Source: Epiperipatus broadwayi (taxonomy: Eukaryota > Animalia > Onychophora). Taken from it: DNA of 64,000 bases. A program made the position numbers and the translations under genes. Position 1 is the stretch's first letter; each line of letters starts with the position of its first letter. The stretch spans positions 14,260,001-14,324,000 of the forward strand of contig JAQFVV010000006.1 of NCBI GenBank assembly GCA_028023455.1, written 5' to 3'. Positions 51,300 through 61,724 of the stretch are shown here, piece by piece. The notes beneath the pieces were generated by a model that saw only the letters and a list, made by a program, of their open reading frames with translations, searched no databases and was not told the DNA's origin.

Positions 51300-51912
51300 G
51301 TCGAATAATCATTCCCTTTCAGTTTCCAGTGCTACAGGAATGAGTTTGGTAAGAGTGACTTGCAATAAATTTCATAGGTCGAAAAGAATTTTCATTATTT
51401 TGTTGAAATTATTGAAAAAATTCAATCAAATAATCATTCCATTTCAGTTTCCAGTACAAGAGTAAGTGAATTCAGTAAAGGTGACTTACGATAAATTTCA
51501 TAAATCGAAAAATAATATTCCTTAAATATTAATGTCTCATCTGTTTATTTTTATTATTTTGTTGAAATTATTAAAGAAATTCAATTAAATAATCATTTCT
51601 TTTCAGTTTCTAATTATAAATTTATTAAACGCACATTGATTACGTAAGTAATATTTACTGAGGCTATAACCTCGATAATATGCGTGTAAAATGCGATAGT
51701 AGGGACCTCTACAGGTGTTTTAACCACAAGCTTACACTATGGAAGAAAAGAGGGGAACCCCTTCTTATTTCAACCTACTTTCTAGTACATCAGTACATTA
51801 ATTTGGTAATGGTGACTTGCAATAAATTTAATAAATCGAAAAAGAATCAACCTTAAATATTAATATCAGATCTATTTACTTTCATTATTTTGTTGAAATT
51901 ATTGAAGAAATT
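51300..51912. repeat. Imperfect 125-165 bp tandem repeat interrupted by an insertion at ~51611-51795
   Basis: Recurring aataatcatt...tttcagtttc and ttattttgttgaaattatt blocks. The insert resembles 29815-29920. Confidence 0.7.
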
Positions 51913-52042
51913 CATTATTAAGATGTTAAAAGGATTATTTAAAGTTCGATTCATATCACTATGATGGTCAAATATCCAATATAATTTATTTGTCCATAAT
52001 GTTGTCACAAACACATAAATAAATAATAAATAATAAAAAAAA

Positions 52043-52616
52043 AAAATCAGATATATTAATCTTTAACTGAGATTTAAAGTTTATATCTGTGCTAGAGATA
52101 ATCTCTAGTTTCGAAAATGATTAGTAATAATCATTAGTGTATTTATCTGAAATGGATGGTGTCAAAGCTGTGAGTGGAGGAAGTTTGACAATGGTAAATG
52201 AAAATGTAGCAATTTACTCTAGATAAATACTTTGCATATAATAAAGATATATATGAGAGTGACCTGGGCCAACTGATGAGTGCTGGTTCAGCACGAAATG
52301 CATCTTGGGGATCATTTGTCTTTTATTATGTCTTTATTTGTATGATTTTAAAAAAAGAATTGGGAAGTATGGAGGTATTTATTATATCTATAAAGATATT
52401 ACATACGGGACAGAGAAAGGTGAATAACTCGTGTGTGTAAAATTTAAAAATCAGATATATTAATCTTTAACTGAGATTTAAAGTTTATATCTGTGCTAGA
52501 GATAATCTCTAATTTCGAAAATGATTAGTAATAATCATTAGTGTATTTATCTGAAATGGGTGGTGTCAAAGCTGTGAGTGGAGGAAGTTTGACAATGGTA
52601 AATGAAAATGTAGCAA
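52043..52616 (+). mobile_element. Hammerhead-repeat family D: 404-nt monomer with 170-bp direct repeats
   Basis: 52043-52212 and 52447-52616 differ at 2 positions that I could see. The ribozyme lies between them. Confidence 0.88.
52269..52308 (+). ncRNA. Type I hammerhead ribozyme, fully canonical core (family D)
   Basis: CCAA CTGATGA GTGCTG GTT CAGCAC GAAAT GC ATC^TTGG. Predicted cleavage after 52304. Palindrome ATGCAT. Confidence 0.92.
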
Positions 52617-53149
52617 ACAACTATTAATAAGTATAATTAAATGTTTATCAAACCGGCTTTCATCTCCATTGAGACGGTTTGATAAACATTTAATTATACT
52701 TATTAATAGTTGTTTATTTCAATCTTGTTTGATTGATTATTTATTTTCGATTCATATTTACAGAATAATAATTTACACAATTTCTTTCGCAGCTCATACA
52801 TATGTTTGTAAATCATGAAAATAACGTGGCAAGATCGTACAACAGTTGATATGTTCTGTGATGATCCTCTATTATAAAGGCATTTATTCATTAAATTGGC
52901 CATATGAGATGAGTAAATGTTAACATGCTTCCGAAGAAAAGTATTTTAAGGTGAACTGGGACATATTTTAAAGGGAGAGACAGACTGTTTATATTATAAA
53001 GATTATCTTAAAAATATTTAATATCTATTAGAAAGACCTGATTGAGATTAGAATACAATGAAGAGTTGTGATTAAGACAGAAAGCAAAGTTTTTCCCAGA
53101 AACAACAGCTTCATAAGGTATCCAGTGACAAACATGTGACATACATGGA

Positions 53150-53592
53150 TGTATTTTTGGTCTTACCAAAAAATTTTTTACTTATTGATCTGAGATTTGG
53201 ACACTTACAAGAGTAATCCAGAGACTTCAGACCACTCAAAGAAGTACGGAGAGATGCATGAAGGAGTAACAAGAAGAAATCAAAAATGAAATACATGAGA
53301 AAGAGAACAAACAGGTGTTACTGACATCATTGAAAGAATTAAGAAACTGAAATGGAATTAGGATGGACATATTGTTAGAAGAAGTGATAATAGATGGATA
53401 GTTGAAATCTTAAACTGGATTCCAAGAGATTGTAAAAGACCCAGAAAGAGACCACATGTGAGATGAATGGATGAAATAAGAAAGTGTGCAGGGATGGTGT
53501 GGAGAAGAGAAGCTAAAGATCAGAGAAGATGGATTGAACTTGGAGAGACCTTCATCCTGCAGTGGATTGATAATGGTTGGAAGTGATGATGA
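53150..53592 (+). mobile_element. RTE LINE 3' fragment
   Basis: Homologous to 7251-7700, with a gtgatgatgat tail. Confidence 0.88.
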
Positions 53593-54132
53593 TTTTTGTT
53601 TTACAGAGTTGGTTTAATTAGAAAACTCCTTTTTAATAGTTTATTCTTTGTCTTTCTGTCTATTTTCATTAGAAAGCTATACTCACAAGTGGCTGCTAAT
53701 GAATTATATATATATAGGATGCCCCAAAAGTTTCATACATAGGGAAAATGGGAAATTGTAGAAAAATGTACCTTTTATTTACAGAATATTCATTACAAAA
53801 TTTTGTGTAATATTCTGTATGTGCTGGCCACATCGTTATACACACACATGAAGTCTTTTCTCCTACTCATGACGAACACATTCCAAAAATATCTTTTATT
53901 ATGCAAGTAATTGTATATTTCAAATGCATTTCTTTAAATGATCCAGGTTTCTAATTTTTTCATAGTTATTATTTCCTAAATATGGGGATTTTGGGACACT
54001 ATTCATTGAAAAAGCCACCCATTTTTTTTTAATGATTTTTTACATTTTGGATCTATAGAGAATTTTTTGGCGTAATATAGGTAATTATCTTATTCATTTT
54101 TTTCACTTTACAAATGAAGATCTGATTAGAGC

Positions 54133-54337
54133 GGATTTGAACACAGACTTTCAAACTCCCTTTAGTCATCTACTCATCCCACACACACACACATATATAT
54201 ATAAACTAATGAATGCTGGTTCAGCATGAAATATGTATATTGGAGATCATTTATCTTTTTCACATGTATGTGGCCACATGTATCGGTTATATAAGATGGA
54301 GTGGAAGGAAGCTTGGAAGTCTGTGTTCAAATCCCCT
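54133..54337. mobile_element. Family C short inverted pair
   Basis: Minus arm ~54133-54200 and plus arm ~54204-54337 with a decayed ribozyme. Confidence 0.75.
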
Positions 54338-54504
54338 CTAATTACATCTAAAGAGTATATACGCTATACTTGTATTCAAATATTAAATAAAGATCTGATA
54401 ATAGATGCATTTATAAATAATTTGATTTATGAAATACTTTAAATACTGTACTTGTTATAATTATTATATGTAATATTTAAATACTAATCTTAATGCAATT
54501 AGAA

Positions 54505-55290
54505 AGGATTTGAACTCAGATTTTCAAGCTTCCTGCAACTATCCATTTCCATCCTATACAATTGATACGCATGACCACATATATGTGAAAAAGATAAATG
54601 ATCTCCAATATACATATTTCATGCTGAACGAGTGCTCATCAATTGGTCCAGATCATCACGTTCCACATAGATAGATATATAATTAGTGCCCAGTTTATAT
54701 TAAGGCAGAAAATCTTCAAACTTTAATGGACAGGCTTTTTAATCTTCCCCACCCTCCAACACTTCAACCATCCATATCATTGAAAATCTGCTGATGGAAT
54801 GCTCAAAGCCCTTGTTGATGTCAATATTATTGTCATACCCCTGTTGACTTTAAGTCGTTCTGGATTTAAATGGACCTATTAAGGTTCTATAGATGAAGGG
54901 TCAGAGTGACTTTAAAGACAACATGGATACGACAATAATATTGGCAGAGTGACTTAAAGTCATTATGGGTATGACAATAATATTGACAGCAGTAAGGGCT
55001 TTGAGCTTTCCATCATCAGATTTTCAATAATATGGATGGCTGAAGAGTTGGAAGGTAGAGAAGACTGAAGCCTGTCCATTAAGGTTTGAAGATTTGCTAT
55101 CTTAATATAAACTAAACACTGATTATATTATATGTGTGGGAGATGATAATCTGGACCAACTGATGAGTGCTAGTTCAGCATGAAATACTTAGATTAGAGA
55201 TCATTTATCTTTTTCACATGTATTTGGTCATGTGTATCAGTTGTATAGGATGGAGTAGAATCTGCAAGGAGCTTACAAGTCTGAGTTCAA
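54505..55290. mobile_element. Family C long inverted pair
   Basis: Minus arm ~54505-54860 and plus arm ~54905-55290. Ribozyme remnants at ~54604-54648(-) and 55156-55197(+). Confidence 0.85.
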
Positions 55291-55467
55291 AGCTCTTTTA
55301 ATTAAATTATTATATGTGTTTATTTAACTATATATCTTCTTATTAATTATAATAAATAAAAAAAATCGTATATAACAGCTATATAAATATATTAAAAATA
55401 GTTATACATAAAAAGCTTTTTTTCATCACAATTTTGTGCCCTTTTCAAATGTTAATCTATTTATCAT

Positions 55468-55880
55468 TATGTGATGTGATGCACTGTGATTTCTCCTTAT
55501 ACAGAGTCAGCAATCTCTCAGCAACTATGCTCACAAAAGCCTGTTAGGCACTTTAACTTCCCTTTCCATTCCCTGTCCTGAGTGGGAAAATCTTCTCTAT
55601 CCTGTTCCATCCCATTTCCATAACATAACCTTTGTCAACTCCATAGCCTTTATATCTAAAGCCCCCTTATCTTTTCCCAAACCTAGCATAAAAACCAGTA
55701 AGCCACTTTCTGTATAATCATATTTATTCTTCCACAACTTCATTATTTGTATTTTTTCTGCTTTCAGATATTTACATTAAATTAAAAGGTGCCTAATATT
55801 TTCTATGCCTTCCTTACACAACTTGCAGACTAAATCACCCACATTTTTCCATTTATATATATATTCCTTTGATACTAAAT
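55468..55880 (-). mobile_element. CATCA-tail LINE 3' fragment
   Basis: atgtgatgtgatgcactgtg tail. Homologous to 44300-44700. Confidence 0.85.
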
Positions 55881-56317
55881 TATTGCATATATAAGACCAT
55901 CTGATGTTCATAATAAAAGTAAAATAACAACATTAACAAAATAAAACATCAGTAAAATAGAATACAACCTTCATATAGAGAACCAATGTAATTTCAAAGA
56001 ATTGATTATATAACATAACAATATACGGAATAAATAATTCATATATTATATAACTTCATGTATATTATCTTAAATAATTTTCTATTCATATTTAATTGAA
56101 TTTATTGAATTTAACTAAATTTATTGAAGTTTAAATTATCTTTAATGTAATATGTTTCATATTTTTGTCTTTACTATTATTATTAATAATGTATTTAAAA
56201 AAATGTTAAATATTTAATTGGAAAATGATATTCAAAATACACGTTTTAATTTTAAAATATTTTGTAATTATTATTATTTTGAATGAAATTTTTATTTTTA
56301 TACCTATTTTTTTTAAG

Positions 56318-56533
56318 GTTCGGACCATTTTACTGCTTTGCCCTTAACAAAGGACCATAAACCCGAATGTCCCACAGAAAGGAAGAGAATTGAAAAACTA
56401 GGCGGTAGTGTTATTAGCAAATCTGGTGTCCAAAGGGTAGTTTGGAATAGACCCAAATTAGGGCATAAAGGACCTGTGCGTCGAAGTACAAGAATTGATC
56501 AAATTCCATTTTTAGCGGTTGCGAGATCATTAG
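56318..56533 (+). CDS. PPM1D: PPM1D coding exon (B-loop region)
   Basis: ttttaag|GT TCG GAC...TTA G|gtacaa. Encodes [72 protein letters not shown], including the PPM1D-specific basic loop. Phase 1/1, compatible with both neighbours. Confidence 0.96.
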
Positions 56534-56777
56534 GTACAAAAAGTCTTTGCAAATATTCAAATTATTACTTGTTCAATGAAATGTGTTTGTGGTTTGTTTT
56601 AGATGTCTTTTCTTTTCACCCTAATAATTCTCTATCAAAATAACTTAAATTTTTATTTTCTAAAATGCAAAAATATTTTCTTTACAAGATTTTTTTTAAT
56701 AGGCTCTATATACCCACACACGCATGATATATATTATAAAAATTTATCTATTATTATAAAGTGCTGAAAAATTTGAA

Positions 56778-56932
56778 ATTATTCAAACAGAAGTCAACTT
56801 TTGATAATGCGTTATTTTTTAAATATTATAAATCTCCGCACTCTCGCCCGCACTCGCTTGAGCAAGTGCGCGGAGATTTATAATATTTAAGAAATAGCGC
56901 ATTATTGGAAATTGACTTCCATTTGAATAATT
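56778..56932. repeat. Long palindrome with GC-rich nested hairpin core (MITE/foldback-like)
   Basis: aaatattataaatctccgc...gcggagatttataatattt, with outer arms gaagtcaa / ttgacttc. Confidence 0.8.
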
Positions 56933-57230
56933 ATCAAAACTTATGGGACTTTTTACCTTAAAATAGTATTTTAAATTTAATGTATATTTATTGTCTATAG
57001 TCTCAATCAAACATTATTTATAAGGGGATTATATTTGTTTATCATGAATTCACTTATAACACAAAGGATAAGGACTCCGGACGTAATTAATTGTGGCATT
57101 AATGATGTAATTTTTATTTTTATAAATGAAAGCAATAAAAAACTATATACTTAGAATATAATTTAAAAATAGAGTCAAAATACAGTTTAATTAAATTGTT
57201 TTTTTCCTTCTTCTTTTTTTCATATGTCAA

Positions 57231-57302
57231 AGCGTTGACTGGGAAGCGAACCCAGGCCAGCTGCTTGAAAGGCAGCTATGCTAACCGCTAGGCCACCAAT
57301 GC
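57231..57302 (-). pseudogene. tRNA-Gly(TCC)-derived pseudogene with TTC anticodon
   Basis: Reverse complement: GCATTGG TG GCCT AGCGGTTA GCAT A GCTGC CTTTCAA GCAGC TGGC CTGGG TTCGCTT CCCAG TCAACGC T. The body matches tRNA-Gly(TCC); the acceptor stem, T loop and discriminator base deviate. Confidence 0.8.
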
Positions 57303-57414
57303 TTGACAGCCAGTTTAAATTGTTATATCACAATTTTAAAATATTTTTATGTAAATAAAATCTATTTATTCATGATTTTAATATCGATTTAATGTGCGAC
57401 TGTAATTGTTTTAG

Positions 57415-57641
57415 GAGACTTATGGAGTTATAATTTTTATCATGGTGATTTTGTCGTATCTCCAGAACCAGATGTAAAAGTGGTAGAAATTGATTTGAAG
57501 CGTTTCCGTTGTATGATATTGGCCAGTGATGGCTTGTGGAACATGATTTCCCCTCAGGAAGCTGTCCGTGCAGTTGAAGAAGTGGAAAGACGAGAAGAAC
57601 AGCAAATTTGGGGAGATGTGCATAATAATAATAACAATAAA
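57415..57641 (+). CDS. PPM1D: PPM1D coding exon (DLWSY...ASDGLWN)
   Basis: gttttag|GA GAC TTA TGG...AAT AAA|gtaaga. Encodes DLWSYNFYHGDFVVSPEPDVKVVEIDLKRFRCMILASDGLWNMISPQEAV...HNNNNNK, with the metal-binding DG motif. Phase 1 in, phase 0 out. Confidence 0.93.
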
Positions 57642-58019
57642 GTAAGAGAAGAGAAATATTTAAGCCTAGATTTTAAATTATTAATATTATAGTTTATAAT
57701 ACAAAATAAAATGCTAAGTATTAAAATAGAATATATTATGGTCAAATATTACATGTATTATAAATATCATGCATTGTATTTTGGCATTTCCTTTGTTTTG
57801 ATTTATGTAATATAGATTATTCATATTACATGCGATCATATAAGTAATAAATAAATAATTCTGTCTATAATATAAATTATATACACACATACATCTATGT
57901 ATCATGCAGAGAAGAAAAATTCGATAATAGTAGTAATATTTAGGCGAGCCTGCTTTCATTACTGTATATTAGTATACGGTATGTGCAGTAGAGGGAGAAA
58001 TAGTAGTTATAACGGAAAA

Positions 58020-58392
58020 ATATGGGTGATTTATTTTGTAAATTATGTAAGGAAGGAATAGAAAATATTAGGCATTTGTTAATTGAATGTAAATGTTTGA
58101 AAACAGAAAGGGTACATATAATGAAGTTGTGGAAAAATAAATATGAAAAGAGTGATTATACAGAAAGTGAATTATTGATTTTTATGCTGGGTTTGGGAAA
58201 AGATAAGGGGATTTAGATATAAAGGTTAAAGACTTGACAAAAATTATGTTGTGGAAATGGGATAGAACAGATTATGGGTAAATTTAGAGTGGGGAATGTA
58301 AAATAAAGTGGCTAACAGGTTTATCTGGGCATAATTGCTGAGATATTCTTGACTTCGTTTAAGGAGAAGCCATAATACATCACATCACATGT
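58020..58392 (+). mobile_element. CATCA-tail LINE 3' fragment
   Basis: CKLCKEGIENIRHLLIECK and a catcacatcacat tail. Confidence 0.88.
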
Positions 58393-59599
58393 GATTATGT
58401 AAAAAGTTATGTCTTGAAAATGTCATAATATTGAACGAAAAACTGGTTAGAATAAAATAATTATTTAATAATAGTTGTTTATTTCAATTGAGTTGAATTG
58501 ATTATTAATAGTAATTATGGAAATAACATTATGAACAATTTGAATATTGTTAAGGAAATATACCTTTAAAAATAATAATCGTATAATTACTCGTTTAGGA
58601 TCTCATTTAACATGTGAACGCTAATTTTATATTGAGTGTAATAATTTCATTGATTTCAAATTTTTTTTTTTGCGTTACCCCACAGGAAATTGATGCAGAA
58701 ATCCTTATTTGAGAGTCTTCTATTCTATCATTGTGCTAACTATACAGAGTGGGAAATAAATGTATGTTTAATCGAGGGATGAATGAAGTTGTGATGTTCA
58801 AGCACCCAAACGGTGGTCAAATGCAACATTTCTATCCAGTTGACACTGGCTGAGATTTTTATTCTTTCACTTCATTCAGATGAAAATTGATCTCAAAACT
58901 TTATCTCTTAAATCTGTCAGTCTTCCATGTATACGAGATGTAACTTTTATATCGTTGATATAATTGAGTATTTTCTGCATCTCTTTTTGTGGGTGGGCTT
59001 ATTTCACGTTATAATAGTCAGTAGGTATATTTCGAAAAGTATTTTCTAATAAATTAGCTAATGCACCAGAGGTTTATTTGTAACCAATTAAATCTTTTAC
59101 ATGTCCGGTACCCTCCACATAAGCACGTTCATAAATCATGAACTAATGTCCAGTATAAAAATTTCTCAGACTATTCTCATTCATGATATGCATGAGATAC
59201 ATGTAGAGTGAAAATGGTTTGTCTGGAAATTTTTTTTTATGGAACGATAGCTCAAGATTTAATTAGTATGGTGTGTAAGTAAACCCAAAAGATTTGATTG
59301 GCTATAGATCTCAGGTGCAATAATATATATTTATTACAATATGATATTTCTGTTTCACTGATCATTATAAGTGTCCTAACCATTGTCAGATTTGAATGGT
59401 GATGCATTGATAGATTAAACACTATGATAGTCCCAGGATTGTGGGCATGCAAATGGATTCGTTTCTTCATATGATCACCAAATATATAAGTATCTAGAAA
59501 ATAATCAGCATTATGATTTATTGCATGTTTACACATACACACACACACCCCACACACACATATATATATATAATAAAAATATTTAATTATTTAGCATAT

Positions 59600-60600
59600 G
59601 TATTTAGACAGCTTAACTAATAACAAGTTATTACCAAAAAACCTGTAGAGGTTCCAACCAGAAGTTAGAATTACTAATGGCTTTATTAAATCCTTCAGTT
59701 CCACCACTGTAGTCCAAATCTGACAGTCATTAATGACGTGAGTCATAGTTTGTATTTGTCCATATTTTCAAAGATCAATGGCTGATAAGTTCCATTGATG
59801 AAGCAGATCGGCACAATGGCTTTGAGTTGTTCTGAATCTATTGATAAGGCCCCATTTGCGCCTAGAAAGATCACATCCAGTTGACTTTATTGTCGAATCT
59901 GGAACAAGAAATTTATTTGGAAACTTATAAGAATTCCATTTTTTTTAATGTCATAATTCTTTGATTGTAGAGTTTTGACTGAACATCCAAATTGGAGATC
60001 TTGATTTGAATCAAGTCTTAAGTAATGAAACTATATATGAAATTATTGATATGTCAGATCTGCTTATTATTTCTTTATACATTTTCTACAAGATAATTTT
60101 TCCTCTGATATCTGGTGGGGAAACATGTGCAAGAATAGGAAGCCACTGTTCCAGTAATATTTCTCATGGTAATTTTTAACTGGGTTAGTGTGATCAGCTT
60201 TTCTCCGAACTGGAGACCAATATTTACCAGTGGAATGCTAAAGAAGTTGTCCATAAAGTACTTTGGATCACAACCCCAAATAGTACAACCAGCTTTCCAA
60301 GGTTATTTCTAGAAAATAATTTTGATCTAATCTTAAATAAATGAGGAAAACAAGTTAGGTTATGATCCAAAGTTATTCCAAAATAGCACAGTGTAAGGTC
60401 TTATTTTAGACTGCTATTGCAAAAACTTATAATCAAATTGTGAGATGATTCCCTGTCATTTAGATGAAAAATTGCATATGCTGTCTTTATTGCATTAGGA
60501 ATAAAATGCCAGTCTTTGAAAAATATTTTGTCATATTCTTGTTAATTCGTAATTAGTTTTTTCCATTATTAACCAAAAGTAGAAATTCTCATTTAGCCGC
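59600..60600 (-). mobile_element. Degenerate Ingi/Vingi-like LINE 3' region
   Basis: Minus strand PNKFLVPDSTIKSTGCDLSRRKW resembles the PT..PPGFDLPR..W C-terminal motif of that group. Confidence 0.5.
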
Positions 60601-60996
60601 TTCAAAGATATATTGATATATTTTATTCTGCAGTATCCGTAATCAGATTAATTGTTATTGTTTGTAAATTATAATATGAAATTTTATTTTTAACAGAAAA
60701 GTTTAAAATATAGTTCATATAGCAAAAATAAAGCCATAAACTGAATAAAACTTAATGTTTATTAAACAACTTATAAATTTAAAAAAATACAATAGTTTAA
60801 TCATTAAAGAAATAACAACTTTACAAAATACTGTGCATTCCTTTGAAAAGGGTGACTGGCAACTGGTTCAGTCCTCAAGCTTCCTGCAGCACAGTCTGAA
60901 TCAGCACATGTTACGTAGCAACATAGTTTAATTATTCACGACAAAAATTTCCAATTGTTAACATATATAAATCATAAGTGACATTAAATGTTATAT

Positions 60997-61692
60997 AAAT
61001 GCAATTTATCCACTCTATTTTGAACACCTTTTAGCAAAAAAACCTTTTATTGTATATATATGCATACACAATCTTAAGTTTCGACTATCCTGCAATCTTC
61101 TTCAGAGCTATGTTATAATGAACAAAATAAAATAAAATACACAACTATATAAATAATACCATAAAAAAATGTAAACAATAAAATTAACGAAATAATAAAA
61201 ACATAAAATATAACAAAACATAATAAAACTGAAATAAATAAAATCAAACCCAAATAAAATAATCCAGTTAATATAAAATAAAATATACATTATAAATATA
61301 AATTATACATGTGTATTCCTGACTGCATATATACACATATTCATGAAGAATTATTAATGTATAATTTATATTTACTTTATATTTATATTGTATATTTTAT
61401 TTTATAGTAACTGGATTATTTTATTTGGATTTGATTTTATTTGTTTCAGTTATATTATGTTTTGTTATATTTTATATTGTTTTTTAGGTTTTTTTAAATT
61501 AGTTTTTTATTAATTTTACTGTTTATATTTTTTATGGTATTATTTATATAGTTATGTATTTTATTTTGTTCATTACATCATAGCTCTGAAGAAGACTGCA
61601 GAACAGTCGAAATATAAGATTGTGTATGCGTATATGTACAATAAAAGGTTTTCGCTAATAAATGTTTAAAATAGAATGGATAAATTGTATTT
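60997..61692. mobile_element. Family E: AT-rich inverted pair, each arm with a CTGAAGA-type hammerhead remnant
   Basis: 61582-61620(+): AGCT CTGAAGA A GACTG CAGAA CAGTC GAAATATAAGAT. Mirror copy at 61070-61109(-). Confidence 0.75.
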
Positions 61693-61724
61693 ATACAAGA
61701 TATTATAGCAAATTAAAGGAAGTG

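Noticed and set aside
57231-57302. Functional tRNA-Glu(TTC) gene
   Set aside because: The body is Gly-type, and the acceptor stem mismatches, altered T loop and T discriminator argue for a pseudogene.
57618-57623. Alternative PPM1D donor GAT|gtgcat
   Set aside because: In phase but a much weaker consensus than gtaaga at 57642; cannot be excluded without RNA data.
61108-61290. Hydrophobic 60-aa ORF (similar ones at 2377, 28918 and 46341)
   Set aside because: Artefacts of T-rich low-complexity or repeat DNA.
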